Part shown: one piece after another, positions 51,878 through 62,894 of the stretch
Layout: each line of letters starts with the position of its first letter
How positions within the stretch are numbered: the first letter of the stretch is position 1
NCBI GenBank assembly: GCA_963824385.1
Contig: CAWGPD010000004.1
Coordinates: 128,001-192,000, forward strand
Source: an uncultured Nitrososphaerota archaeon
Lineage (GTDB): Archaea > Thermoproteota > Nitrososphaeria > Nitrososphaerales > Nitrosopumilaceae
Direction of reading: 5' to 3'
DNA length: 64,000 nt
The notes under the pieces: model-generated
Seen by the model: the letters and a program-made list of their open reading frames with translations, nothing else
What the model was told of the DNA's origin: nothing
Databases searched by the model: none
Program-made: the position numbers and the translations under genes

Positions 51878-52939
51878 TTATGGATTTACTGGCAAAATGA
51901 CTGTAAAAGTGGTAGGATTATTTCTCACACATATTGTGCCATTGTGTCGCTCAACTATCGTCTTACAGCTTACAAGACCCAATCCAGTACCTACCTGTTT
52001 TGTTGTAAAAAATGGTTCAAATATTTGAGGCATTATTTTTTCCGATATGCCAGGCCCAGAATCTACAAAATCAATCACAATTTGATCTGCATCTACTTTC
52101 CAATCAATGGTAATAGTTCCTTGGTTTTCACCTATAGATTGTATTGAGTTTAATAATAAATTTCCACAAACTGCGCTCAATTGATTCTTATCACATATCA
52201 CAGCCATATCGTCGTCTTGTGCAAAATTGACTAAAATATTGTTTGGAATAAGAACAGTTTCAATAGACGATAAAATTAAATCAGTAATAGAACATTCCAA
52301 CAAATTTAATGGTCTATTACTTACATAATCCATGACATCTTCTATCTGATGTCTCATTCTTTCGGATGATTTTAAAATCGCTGTAACACGTTTTGACATA
52401 TTTACATTTGGATTATTGTCTAATTGAAGTTCCAATAATTTTGCAGAATTTATAATTACATTTAATGGGTTACGAATATCATGTGCAATTCTTGCAGTCA
52501 TATCACCAATTATTAGCAACTTTTGATCTTTTTCTTTTCTTAATTCATCTTCCAATCTATGTATATCACTAAGATCTTTTCCCGTTACTAGATATCCTTC
52601 CAGATTTCCGGATTCATCAGTTAATTTGGCACCACTCCATATAGAAGAAAAGGTAGAGCCATCTTTTCTCATCACCTCAAGCTGAACATTTAGGTTAATG
52701 CCATCAGTCACTACCTTCCTAAAAGCAGATATTGCTTTTTGTCTATCTTTTGGAGACACCATATCTACAGGCCCAATCTTTCCTAGCGCTTCAATTTTTT
52801 CATATCCCAAGTTTTTTGTAAAATGATGATTACAGTCAAGAATTTTTCCATTTTCATCCATTATAACTAGAATATCAGGCGTGGTTTCAAAAAAAATTTT
52901 TAGAACATGTTCATTACGCATTAATCTCTCTGAAATCAT
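51878..52939 (-). CDS. PAS-domain sensor histidine kinase
   Basis: PAS domain with RKDGS; H-box AHDIRNPL; N box; DSGPGI, FEPFFTTK, GTGLGL. Confidence 0.94.
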   Translation of the reverse strand: MISERLMRNEHVLKIFFETTPDILVIMDENGKILDCNHHFTKNLGYEKIEALGKIGPVDMVSPKDRQKAISAFRKVVTDGINLNVQLEVMRKDGSTFSSIWSGAKLTDESGNLEGYLVTGKDLSDIHRLEDELRKEKDQKLLIIGDMTARIAHDIRNPLNVIINSAKLLELQLDNNPNVNMSKRVTAILKSSERMRHQIEDVMDYVSNRPLNLLECSITDLILSSIETVLIPNNILVNFAQDDDMAVICDKNQLSAVCGNLLLNSIQSIGENQGTITIDWKVDADQIVIDFVDSGPGISEKIMPQIFEPFFTTKQVGTGLGLVSCKTIVERHNGTICVRNNPTTFTVILPVNP

Positions 52940-53134
52940 AATATCACAGGTATGTGCAAATTATGATTATTGCATATTTATGCACGTATTCATGTGCGAC
53001 ATACAAACAAGTATTTTAATATAAAATAAATCTCAAATCACACCTGTGTTGACAACAATTTTGTCAGTGCATTCTATGGCATCATCTAAAACAGTTTCCA
53101 TAGCATTAAATTGCAATATTTTCAACTGTATCAT

Positions 53135-53461
53135 ATGTCAGAATTGATCCACTATCAAATTCAACAGCTAGTAGATAACGGTCAGACTGTACAACTATCC
53201 CTAGTAGAAGATGTCCAGACAGAACCAGTTTCACAAAAACAACTCATGCTTGATGCAATAAACCAAAAGCTAGACCCAGAACTTAGAGACCAGATTGCCC
53301 CGTTTATTGAGGCTATACTTCAAGCCCAGCCAACCATAGCAATCAAAAGTTATGCACAAACATCCATTACAATTACAATGCCAAAGCGGAGATACGAGAG
53401 AATGGGTAGCCCATCTGTTGGTCAGAGACTAGAAATCAATATAAAAAAGAATCTAGACTAG
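53135..53461 (+). CDS. hypothetical protein, possible arcadin-1-like
   Basis: Beta-hairpin ending LVED, helical linker, then ITITMPKRRYERMGSPSVGQRLEINI. Confidence 0.6.
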   Translation: MSELIHYQIQQLVDNGQTVQLSLVEDVQTEPVSQKQLMLDAINQKLDPELRDQIAPFIEAILQAQPTIAIKSYAQTSITITMPKRRYERMGSPSVGQRLEINIKKNLD

Positions 53462-55484
53462 TTTTTTTATATCAGACATAGTTTCAAGTGGAAGAGAGCA
53501 AGTAAAGTCTCTGCAAACATAGACCCGAGTTTTGTTTACATCATATTCTTTTCCTGCAAAAAATTGTAATTGATTTAGATTGTCAAGTTCCTCCTTTGTT
53601 GAAATCAAAACAAGAATTGCTTCAGGAATGAATTTTTTTGTCAGATAATTTTTAATTTCGGCATTTGATGAATTTATCACCGTAATCTCTAGCGGTTTTA
53701 TCAGATATGAATATACCACATTTAACAATTGTCCAAAACCAAAAGGATTTTCTGCAGCCAACATGCCAAGTGACTCCATTACTTTGATTGCAGTATCAAG
53801 ATATTTTTTCTCACCAGTGATATGATATAGTCTTAGCATTACGGCAGCAGCCACAGAATTTCCAGAAGGTAGTGACAGGTCATAGATATTCTTTGTTCTT
53901 ATGATCAATTTCTCATGATTGTCAGCAGTAAAGAAAAAGTTTTTATGATTTTCATCCCAGAAATGGTCTAGTAAATAATTTGCATAATATACTGCAAGGT
54001 CAAGATACTTTTTCGAAGGCTTAGTTTCAAAGTAATCAAGTAGTGCACTTGCAAAGTATGCATAATCATCCAAGTATGCCATCAATTTTGACTGTCCATC
54101 CTTGTACGTGTGAAGCAGTTGTCCATCTTTTGTCAATTTACACTCAATGAATTTGATGCAGTTCTCAGCAGATTTTAGAAAATCATGTTCCTCAGTTACA
54201 CGATATCCCTTGATAAATGCAGAGATCATAAGCGAGTTCCAGCTTGTCATTATTTTATCATCTCTTCCAGGAGCAACTCGTTTTGCTCTTGTGGCATAGA
54301 GTTTTTCCTTTCCTTGTTTTAATATTTGACTAACCTCGGATTCAGACTTGCCAAAATGAAATGCCACTGATGACAAGTGCATACTATTGTACAGTATAGT
54401 ATGGCCCTCAAAATTACCACCGTCTGTTACATCATAGTATAAACAAAACACATCAGAGTCTTGTCCCAAAATTTCTTGAATTTCTTTTTTCTTCCAGACA
54501 TAGAATTTTCCTTCCTCTCCCTCAGAATCTGCATCATATGCAGAATAAAATCCTCCTTCTGAGGATGTCATCTCTCGCATGACAAATCGTAGTGTATCCT
54601 GAACGACCTCAAGATATCGAGGCTCTTTTGAAATCTGGTATGCTTCGGCATATACTGGAGGAAGTAATGCGTTATCATATAGCATCTTTTCAAAGTGTGG
54701 AACAAGCCATCTTGAATCAGTAGAATATCTATGAAAACCCCCACCCAATCTGATCATACATTCCACCGTTTGCCATTTTCGTCAGTGTCTTGAATACAAA
54801 TTCTTGGAATTTTGAAATCCCAGACAATTTAGAATAACGTAGCATAAAAGAGAGATTAGATGCATTTGGAAATTTAGGAGCTTGCCCAAATCCCCCATTT
54901 GTCATATCGACAAGTGATAACAAATTGACAGCGGCTTCATCAAGGATAGATTTTTCAAGCTTTGAATCATGTACGGCAGATTCAGTTCTTTGTAAACCAC
55001 TGACAAAATTTTCTGCTGCCTGTTGTATATCATGAGGCTTTTCTTTCCAGGCTTGTGCAAGTTGCCTAACTAGACTTCCAAATCCAGGTCTTCCGTAATT
55101 GTCAAGTGGCGGAAAGTATGTACCAACATAGAATGGTCTTTGATCAGGGGTCAAAAATACACTAAGGGGCCATCCGCCACTTCCAGTATTTAGTTGACAG
55201 ACTTTTTGATAAATATCATCAATGTCAGGTCTTTCTTCCCTATCCACTTTGATATTTACGAAATATTCATTCATGATTTTTGCAGTCTCTTCATTTTCAA
55301 ATGATTCATGGGCCATAACATGACACCAGTGACATGCGCTATATCCAACACTAAGAAAAATGGGTTTGTTTTCTTGCTTTGCCTTGTTTAATGCCTCTTC
55401 TCCCCATCCATACCAATCAACTGGATTGTGGGCGTGTTGTAAAAGATATGGGCTGGTTTCTTTTATCAGATTATTAGATGACAT
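53453..55484 (-). CDS. YyaL/SSP411-like thioredoxin + (alpha/alpha)6 protein (1-nt insertion near 54740)
   Basis: [55 protein letters not shown]. Confidence 0.93.
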
Positions 55485-55681
55485 ACATAATACAAGAAAA
55501 TTACGGTATTTGTATTGATCTCCTTAACAGAAAGAGATACTGTTGTCACTTTAACTCAAGGCGATAGTAGTGAAATGGGGAATAGATTTTTTATCATATC
55601 AGTACCAGCACTGTGACATATCTGGAGTCGTGCAAGCTTAGGACTAGATCAAATTAAATAAAACTAGAAAAGGATTCAGTT

Positions 55682-55834
55682 ATGAATTGTAAGAGATGTC
55701 ATCATACAAGCGATGCCCACGTACCATCCCAAGAAAGTACTTCTCTTACAAAAATTGGAATGTGTCTTGTCAAGACTTGTTTATGCAAACAATTTGTAGA
55801 ACCTATAGAAGATATTGATGACGAGTTAGTCTGA
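55682..55834 (+). CDS. 50-aa Cys/His-rich microprotein
   Basis: Manual translation MNCKRCHHTSDAHVPSQESTSLTKIGMCLVKTCLCKQFVEPIEDIDDELV*. Confidence 0.75.
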   Translation: MNCKRCHHTSDAHVPSQESTSLTKIGMCLVKTCLCKQFVEPIEDIDDELV

Positions 55835-55977
55835 GTTGTTTATGACCTTGGACTCCAACTTTTTCTGAAAGTGACAAGGTTTTGTATGAGTGGAAGATAT
55901 GGCATTGGAAGTAGTGGCATTAGATAAATGAGATAAAGTTACATTTGCATTTGCATTAATTGCCTAGACTTGCCACA

Positions 55978-56691
55978 TTAGATGCCAATTTGTTTACCAG
56001 ACAGTGTTGCGTTTGAAACATGAGTAACGTAGATGCAGTACTGGAACTGAAACTTGAGTAGAATTATTGCAACAACTTTGGTCGAATTAGTTGTTACAAT
56101 ATTCGGAGTATTAGATGATATATTAGTAGCATTGGTGGATGCGACATTTTTGCTAGGAGAAGCTGCTGATGTGGTTTGGTTTGTTGAAGTAGAGGCAGTT
56201 TGGTTTGTCGAAGCAGCCGCTGCTTGAGCTGCGGCTTGGGCCTGTACTTGTTGCAGATGTGCTGCCTGGGCTTGGATTATCGTACTATTTGTAATATACA
56301 CCAGTTGTTTATTTGCCGAAAGAGTTTGATTAAAGATAATCACCATACCAGTTGTAGTCGGGTTTTGTTGCGCATCTTGAATCTGCTTTTGTTGTGCATC
56401 TTCCAAAGTAGATGCAGAATCTAGTAGTTTCAATTTTGCGCCAACGGGTTGTGCAGTATCATATAAAACAATATTATATCCATGCTGTGGAGTCATTGAA
56501 ACAAGTTCTTGATTGCCCATAATATCACTTGAGAAATGATAGTCGCTACCTATTGCCATGACAAGTAATCCTATGAGAACTAGAGATACAGAGATTACAA
56601 TTAGCGAATAACCAACCTTTCTGTAATTATGAGGATTCTTGTCTTTTAGAACAGGTTTTGGGGCATCAGATGGCTCGCTAGGTGCGGACAT
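55978..56691 (-). CDS. membrane-anchored protein with Q/A/S/T-rich stalk (3' end probably garbled; may extend to ~55840)
   Basis: TM helix near the N-terminus, low-complexity linker. Confidence 0.7.
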   Translation of the reverse strand: MSAPSEPSDAPKPVLKDKNPHNYRKVGYSLIVISVSLVLIGLLVMAIGSDYHFSSDIMGNQELVSMTPQHGYNIVLYDTAQPVGAKLKLLDSASTLEDAQQKQIQDAQQNPTTTGMVIIFNQTLSANKQLVYITNSTIIQAQAAHLQQVQAQAAAQAAAASTNQTASTSTNQTTSAASPSKNVASTNATNISSNTPNIVTTNSTKVVAIILLKFQFQYCIYVTHVSNATLSGKQIGI

Positions 56692-56769
56692 TCGATTCCC
56701 AACACTGGGTAGTGGAATTTAATCTTTTATTGTCGTCATATAACATGCAAATCAAAGGTAAGTTACAGC

Positions 56770-57003
56770 CTATTTCTTGCCTTGTTCCATTTTGAAGAAC
56801 TGGACTGTCAATAGATCTAGGGCTTTTTTGAGATGCTCAAATTCATCAGCAAAATGTTTTTGATTTTCTGCAAGCACCTTTAGTACACCCATTAGTGATT
56901 TTTTCTCACGGTCAGTGGTTGACGCCTCTAGTGCACCTATTCTTGATATTATTACGTCAAGTTCTTTTTTGAGTTCGGCACCGTGTGATTTGGTCTTATC
57001 CAT
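56770..57003 (-). CDS. small coiled-coil protein
   Basis: Heptad-like 77-aa ORF from ATG 57003. Confidence 0.65.
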   Translation of the reverse strand: MDKTKSHGAELKKELDVIISRIGALEASTTDREKKSLMGVLKVLAENQKHFADEFEHLKKALDLLTVQFFKMEQGKK

Positions 57004-57068
57004 ATGATTGATTTTATTTGGCATAATATATGAACATATTAAAATCAAGGCATTATACAAAACATGTC

Positions 57069-57524
57069 ATGATTGATGAAAAACTTGCATTACTAAACAT
57101 TACACTTCCTACCCCACCAAAACCTGCAGGCTCTTACATTCCAGTTGTAAAGACAGGCAACTTGATCTTTGTATCAGGACAGATTCCCATGAAAGATGGA
57201 CAGGTACAATTCAAGGGACAAGTTCCTACAACAATCTCAATTGAAGATGCACAAAAGGCGGCAAAATTATGCACAATCAATGTCTTGGCGCAGCTAAAAG
57301 CAGAACTTGGAACACTGGATAGAATATCAAGAATAGTTAGAGTTTCAGGTTTTGTTAGTAGTTCTCAAGAATTTTTTGAGCAGCCAAAGATAATCAATGC
57401 CGCATCTGATCTTCTCTTTGAAATATTTGGAGATAAAGGAAAACATGCAAGAGTTGCAGTAGGAGTTGCAAGTCTGCCGCTAAACTCGGCAGTTGAAATT
57501 GATTTAATTGCGGAAATTATTTGA
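57069..57524 (+). CDS. RidA/YjgF/YER057c family protein
   Basis: PAGSYIP, FVSGQIP, INAASDL, HARVAVGV..LPLNSAVEI. Confidence 0.92.
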   Translation: MIDEKLALLNITLPTPPKPAGSYIPVVKTGNLIFVSGQIPMKDGQVQFKGQVPTTISIEDAQKAAKLCTINVLAQLKAELGTLDRISRIVRVSGFVSSSQEFFEQPKIINAASDLLFEIFGDKGKHARVAVGVASLPLNSAVEIDLIAEII

Positions 57525-58498
57525 GTTTGGCATTAAACTTTTTAAGAAATAGACCAATTTTTTCTTTTGGAATAACTGCACCACATGCCTTGTCATGTCC
57601 TCCACCAGATCCTCCAAGTTCTGTTGCCAATTGATTTACTATTCTTCCAAGATGAATCTTGCATGTTCGTGAGCCTCTAACCGAGACTGCATAGATTCCC
57701 GGTTCTTCTCTTAATTTGTAGGCCACTCCAACTTCTTTTCCGGATAATCCCAAAACAAAATTTACGGCCATGCTTGCACCAGAGTCTTTGACCTCCATGT
57801 ATGATAGATTTTTCATCTTTTTCATGTTGTCCTTGACTTTTTGTATAACACCAGAGATTCTCTCAGCTTGGGTACTTACAAACTCAAACACATTAGGAAT
57901 TGCGTGAGGATATTTTGATTCGCTCAATTCATCAACAAGATATAGCAAGTATTCAGGATCTTTTTGATGACTTGTAATTGTAAATGTCAAAGTGGTTGCC
58001 TCTAGCAATACAAACTGTCTGTCAAATCTTTGTAGTTGTGCAGAACCAATGGGTCTGTCTTCCATATAGTCTGTAACTGCAGCACATGCAGCTGAGAAAT
58101 GAACCATAATCTCCTAGTTTTGATTTAAATGCATTATACACTTGAACGGTAGTGCATTCATTAATTGTATGAATTAGTTTTACCTTCATTGCCTTGATCT
58201 TCTTTTTGATTGACTCTTCAATGTCATGATGATCAATGTATGTAATTGCCACCTTGTTCTTTTTCAATGCCTTGAGCAATTCAATAAATTGATCCTGATT
58301 TGATTTGCTCAATCCAAGGTCACAGATATACAAGTTCTTTAGTTTTTCATCATTTTTTAGCGACTCAAGTTCATTCATCAATCCAGGATAATCAACAAGT
58401 TTTGTCTCGCCTCCAAACGCTTTACGAATTAAGGATGCAGCACCAATGCCATCGGCATCTTCTTTATGAGAAACACAAACAGTTCTTGTTCTTACCAT
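57517..58498 (-). CDS. DHH/DHHA1 family phosphoesterase (1-nt insertion near 58100)
   Basis: HKEDADG, ICDLG, IDHH, SVRG, GGSGGGH..ACG. Confidence 0.9.
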
Positions 58499-58532
58499 GG
58501 ATTATTGACGGGATAGTACTCCCCCATTTAAA

Positions 58533-58772
58533 CTAAAAAACAGGCTTTGTTTTCTTTAGACTCATGTATGTCTTAAATTCTGCAACTAGTGTCTGATGAC
58601 CTTTTACATCTTGCAATACTACGCAATACATGTCATAAAATGAAATTCCAAGAAGTTGAGACTCTCTGTCAAGTTCAGCAATCTCTTCCAATACTCGTGG
58701 GTCTTTGGTTTCCACTACAAAATTATCCACTAGACGGATAAATTCATCATCCCATTGGCTCATTTCTACCAA
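58533..58772 (-). CDS. small helical protein, paralogue of 60118-60324
   Basis: F..VD..V...KDP...E....D.E.Q..GI.FY.M...VL. Confidence 0.78.
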   Translation of the reverse strand: MVEMSQWDDEFIRLVDNFVVETKDPRVLEEIAELDRESQLLGISFYDMYCVVLQDVKGHQTLVAEFKTYMSLKKTKPVF

Positions 58773-58874
58773 TTTATGATAAATTTTGCTATAATTACCA
58801 AGGTTACAAGATTAGACCTAGTGCTTAATTTTTTACTCTCAAAATTAGTAATAATTTAATACACATTTTCTCCA

Positions 58875-60062
58875 TTGTTAGCCGTGCAAACAAAGAATAT
58901 TGGTCTTCGAAATATTGAGGTTGCAGATACCAAGATTTCTGCAATAGACGGCATTAATGGTAAGCTCATCTATAGAGGATACGACATTTTAGACCTTGTA
59001 AAAAAATCATCATTTGAAGAGACAGCATGTCTTCTCCTCAACGAGGATTTGCCAACACAGGAGATGCTTTCTTCATTCTCAGAGATGCTTGTTACAACTC
59101 GTGAAATTCCAGACAATTTAGAAAAAACTCTAAGAAACATACCAAAAATTGCAAACCCCATGGATGTGTTACAATCAACAGTCTCGCTCATGGCAGTATA
59201 TGATAAAGAAAAAGTTGATGACAGAGATACAAATTACAAGAGAGCAATCAATCTAATTTCTAAAATTCCAATAATCATAGCATGCTGGGATAGAATAAGA
59301 AATGACAAGGAGATAATCCAGCCATCAAAAAAGCTAAATCATGCGGCAAATTTTCTACATATGCTAACAGGAAAAGAGCCAGATACAGAGGTTGCAAGAA
59401 TTTTTGATATTTGCCTCATATTACATGCAGAGCATAGCTTTAACGCATCAACTTTTGCAGCAAGAGAAGTAGCATCAACACGTGCAAACATGTATGCTGC
59501 AGTCAGTGCTGCAGTAGGTGCACTCAGTGGCGAGCTTCATGGAGGTGCAAACTTTCAGGTAATGAAGATGTTGTTAGAGATCGGTGCAGAAGATAAGGTC
59601 GAACAATGGATCGTAAACAAACTTGAAAAAGGTCAAAAGATAATGGGCATGGGTCATGCAGTATACAAGACATTTGATCCAAGAGCAGAAGTCTTACGCG
59701 AATTATCAAGAAGACTTGCTGAAAAAACAGGTCAGCCATGGTATGGCATAACAAAAAAGGTTGAAGATGTAACAGAAGAAGAGATGAAAAAACTCAAAAG
59801 CTCTGACATATTTCCAAATGTTGATCTGTATAGTGCATCATTGTACTATATGCTTGGCATTCCGATGGATCTTAACACTCCAATTTTTGCAATATCCAGA
59901 GTTTCAGGGTGGACTGCACATATTATAGAAGAAAAATTTGCAGAGGCCGCACCAAAACCAATGCTATACAGACCAAAAGCAGTCTATGTTGGAAAATATT
60001 GTGGGCCTTCAGGATGCGAATACGTTTCAATTGAAAAGCGTCTAGCGTCTACCGATACATGA
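58875..60062 (+). CDS. gltA: citrate synthase
   Basis: LIYRGY, HAEHSFNAST, GELHGGAN, MGMGHAVYK..DPR, FPNVD motifs. Confidence 0.95.
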   Translation: MLAVQTKNIGLRNIEVADTKISAIDGINGKLIYRGYDILDLVKKSSFEETACLLLNEDLPTQEMLSSFSEMLVTTREIPDNLEKTLRNIPKIANPMDVLQSTVSLMAVYDKEKVDDRDTNYKRAINLISKIPIIIACWDRIRNDKEIIQPSKKLNHAANFLHMLTGKEPDTEVARIFDICLILHAEHSFNASTFAAREVASTRANMYAAVSAAVGALSGELHGGANFQVMKMLLEIGAEDKVEQWIVNKLEKGQKIMGMGHAVYKTFDPRAEVLRELSRRLAEKTGQPWYGITKKVEDVTEEEMKKLKSSDIFPNVDLYSASLYYMLGIPMDLNTPIFAISRVSGWTAHIIEEKFAEAAPKPMLYRPKAVYVGKYCGPSGCEYVSIEKRLASTDT

Positions 60063-60117
60063 TTTTATTAAAAAATTTTGATCAGTAGACAAGAATAAAA
60101 CAAAAACTAAGTGCAAT

Positions 60118-60324
60118 TTAATTTCTATTTGCAAGCCAGTCTTTTGCTTTAGAATCAACATCATGTCTGTGCAGTACGTGAAATACCATCTCGTAAAATG
60201 TTATACCTCGCTTTTGTGCTTCGCCATCAATCCACTTTAGTCCTTCAGCAAGCTCGGGATCATATTTTGAAAAATCTACAAGTTCGTCAACCATATTTGT
60301 AAAGAACGAATTTGCTTCTAACAC
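60118..60324 (-). CDS. small helical protein, paralogue of 58533-58772
   Basis: Same pattern: FTNMVDELV..SKYDPEL.E....D.EAQ.RGITFYEM...VL. Confidence 0.78.
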   Translation of the reverse strand: MLEANSFFTNMVDELVDFSKYDPELAEGLKWIDGEAQKRGITFYEMVFHVLHRHDVDSKAKDWLANRN

Positions 60325-60397
60325 GATAACAGGTTTTTATTTTTCTTATTCAGTAATATACAGAAAATATATTGACATATTTGGTAAATATGTTGAC

Positions 60398-60789
60398 ATG
60401 GAACACACCTACTATTTTGATGGTGATCAAAAAAGATCTCGTGGATAATTGAAAATTCTCAGACAAGATCTGAAGAAAGCAGAATACACGCAGAATATTT
60501 TTACAACCAAGTTACAATCGAACAATCAAAATACATTGCATTACATGTTGGAATTTTTTGGGGCATTGGAAGATTCATAATAAAAAATAAGGACACGGTT
60601 AAAGTCATGCTGGATCTAAATACAATGTTTGATCGTCTAGTAGAAAACAAGTCAACTAATGATATTTTTGTTGAAAGAAGGATTCGATTCATTGATCAAA
60701 TTATTCAACAACGAGATCTTGATATCAAATATCAGATAATAGATCCGGTCAAAAATAAAGCAAGCAAGTTATTATTGCCTAAGAACTAG
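60398..60789 (+). CDS. RNase HI-like fold protein, degenerate (1-nt deletion in an A-run near 60435)
   Basis: MEHTYYFDG...VT.EQSKYIAL..G.........VKVMLD...I....NKAS.L follows the RNase H D/E/D/D layout, with some acidic residues replaced. Confidence 0.55.
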
Positions 60790-62052
60790 ACCTATATCCA
60801 TCAAGTTTGTTCCTGTAGGACCTGTAAATACTAGTCCACCATATCTTTTATAAAAATTATAAGAGTTATTTTTATCAAGGTATGATAACATCTTGCCTAT
60901 CTTTTGATCTGATTTCCAAATTGCACCTGCACAATTTGTTTTTCCATCCACACCGTCGGTTCCAACTGACGCAACAATTGCTTTTGTGCCCTGTTTTGTA
61001 AGTTCAATTGCAGTGTATAACACTAATTCTTGATTTCTTCCACCATCTCCTTTTCCGTTTACAACAACAGTGGTCTCACCACCAAAGATTACACAGTTTA
61101 TTTTTTTATCTGACATTGTTTTTGCAATCTTTATTCCAACATCTTTAACATCTCCAGACATACAGGAAAGAACTTTAGTTGAAAACCCAAGTTTTTTTGC
61201 ATGCATATTCATTGCATCAAGGCAAACTTTGTTGGTCGAAACTATATAGTTCTTAATTTTTTGTCTCTTAGGAGTCTCTGGAATTTTCCCTTGCATCCCA
61301 AGAACTATGTGTCTAAGTACACTTTTTGGAACTGATTTTTCCAAGTTGTATTTTTTCAGAATTTTTTTAGCATCTGAAAAAGTAGTTTTATCATAATATG
61401 TAATTCCTGATGCAACGCTTGTCAGATCGTCACCCACTACATCAGACATTACAAGAGATATGGCATCGGATCTCAGATGTTCAAGCAATCTACCACCCTT
61501 TATCTTTGAGAGGTGCTTTCTGATACAGTTTATTTCACGTATATTTGCACCACATTTCAGCATCAGTTCAGTTACGGTCTTTTTATCCTCCAGTGTAATA
61601 CCATCAGGTAGTGCAACCAGAGATGACGCACCTCCAGATATTAGAAAAATAACAAAATCATTTGGTTTTATGTGTTCTAGAAATGCGAGGATCTTTTTGG
61701 CTGCGATTATACTATTTTTGTTTGGCAATGGGTGACCTGCCCGTATTACCTTAAAGTTTCTAGTCAAGGAGGTCTTTGTTTTCTTTGGAACAATCAACAA
61801 TCCCCCTGTTATACTAGTAAGAGAATTAACAGATTCTGCCATAGAATATGCAGCCTTACCTATTGCAATGAGAATTACTTTATCATATTTTTTAAGATCA
61901 AATTTTTTTCCCGACATAAACAGATGGTCATGATGAATCATTCTACCAAGTTGTTTTCCAGGCAAGGCAGCCTCAAGACCTGCCTCAAGTATAGACAGTG
62001 AATTTTTTTGTGTAGAGGTGATAGAAAGTGATTTGAAATTTCTAATGAGCAT
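60772..62052 (-). CDS. glycerate 2-kinase (MOFRL/DUF4147)
   Basis: IGKAA, GHPLP, LISGGASSL, KGGRL, SDVVGD, GGETTV, GGRNQE, GPTGTN..D. Confidence 0.93.
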   Translation of the reverse strand: MLIRNFKSLSITSTQKNSLSILEAGLEAALPGKQLGRMIHHDHLFMSGKKFDLKKYDKVILIAIGKAAYSMAESVNSLTSITGGLLIVPKKTKTSLTRNFKVIRAGHPLPNKNSIIAAKKILAFLEHIKPNDFVIFLISGGASSLVALPDGITLEDKKTVTELMLKCGANIREINCIRKHLSKIKGGRLLEHLRSDAISLVMSDVVGDDLTSVASGITYYDKTTFSDAKKILKKYNLEKSVPKSVLRHIVLGMQGKIPETPKRQKIKNYIVSTNKVCLDAMNMHAKKLGFSTKVLSCMSGDVKDVGIKIAKTMSDKKINCVIFGGETTVVVNGKGDGGRNQELVLYTAIELTKQGTKAIVASVGTDGVDGKTNCAGAIWKSDQKIGKMLSYLDKNNSYNFYKRYGGLVFTGPTGTNLMDIGLVLRQ

Positions 62053-62185
62053 TTATTGCAATCACATAATTAAGAAAATTTGCTCAATTTTGAGTCTTTT
62101 TATTACATCATACAAGAAACTGAATTTAAGCACTCTACCTTCATTACAATTTTTTTATATAGGATACAATCCAAGGGATATCAGG

Positions 62186-62761
62186 TTGATATCAAAAAGA
62201 TACTTGGTAATTTTAGCAGTTTTTACAATCCTAGTAACTCCGGCTTATGCAGATCCAATTGTTAAAACAACTAGTGCGGGAACAATCAATGTAGGGTTTA
62301 CAACAGATCCTGTGGCACCAAATCCAGGAGACCCAACCCAGATTAAGATCAGTTTCATAAACAAGCAAACTAACCAGATACAACCACACATAGATTACAA
62401 AATTTCTGTAATGCAGGGTGGAAATGCAGTATTTGGAATACCTATAACTCACACAGCAGAAGGCGCGGTTAGCATTCCATTCACATTTCAAACAGCTGGA
62501 ACTTACCAAGTCATTGTAGATGTAGAAGGAATACTCTTTCAGCCAATTCCTCCAGAAACAGCAACTTTTGATCTAAATGTAGGGTCTAGTTCTAGTACAA
62601 ATTCCACAGCCAGTTCTACAAATTCAACTATGAGCGATAACAACACAAATAATGCCATACCTGAATTCCCAGTAAGCTCACTAATGGTAATGGCAATCGT
62701 AGTTGGAGTGGCAATTCTATTTGTTAGAATGCATCCAAGCCTGACAAATATTAGACTATAA
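62186..62761 (+). CDS. PEF-CTERM (IPEFP) surface protein
   Basis: Signal peptide (TPAYA), beta domain with HIDY and HTAEG, S/T linker, IPEFP + TM. Confidence 0.85.
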   Translation: MISKRYLVILAVFTILVTPAYADPIVKTTSAGTINVGFTTDPVAPNPGDPTQIKISFINKQTNQIQPHIDYKISVMQGGNAVFGIPITHTAEGAVSIPFTFQTAGTYQVIVDVEGILFQPIPPETATFDLNVGSSSSTNSTASSTNSTMSDNNTNNAIPEFPVSSLMVMAIVVGVAILFVRMHPSLTNIRL

Positions 62762-62894
62762 AAAATCAATTTAAGACTCGACATTAGCCCAAGTGATACA
62801 GTATCTACCAAACAGGGAAGTTGGTACCTATTAATACGAGTAAATATGGAAAGCAAGGCAATAGTATAATAATTGTTTCAAGTTTAATTTTTTC

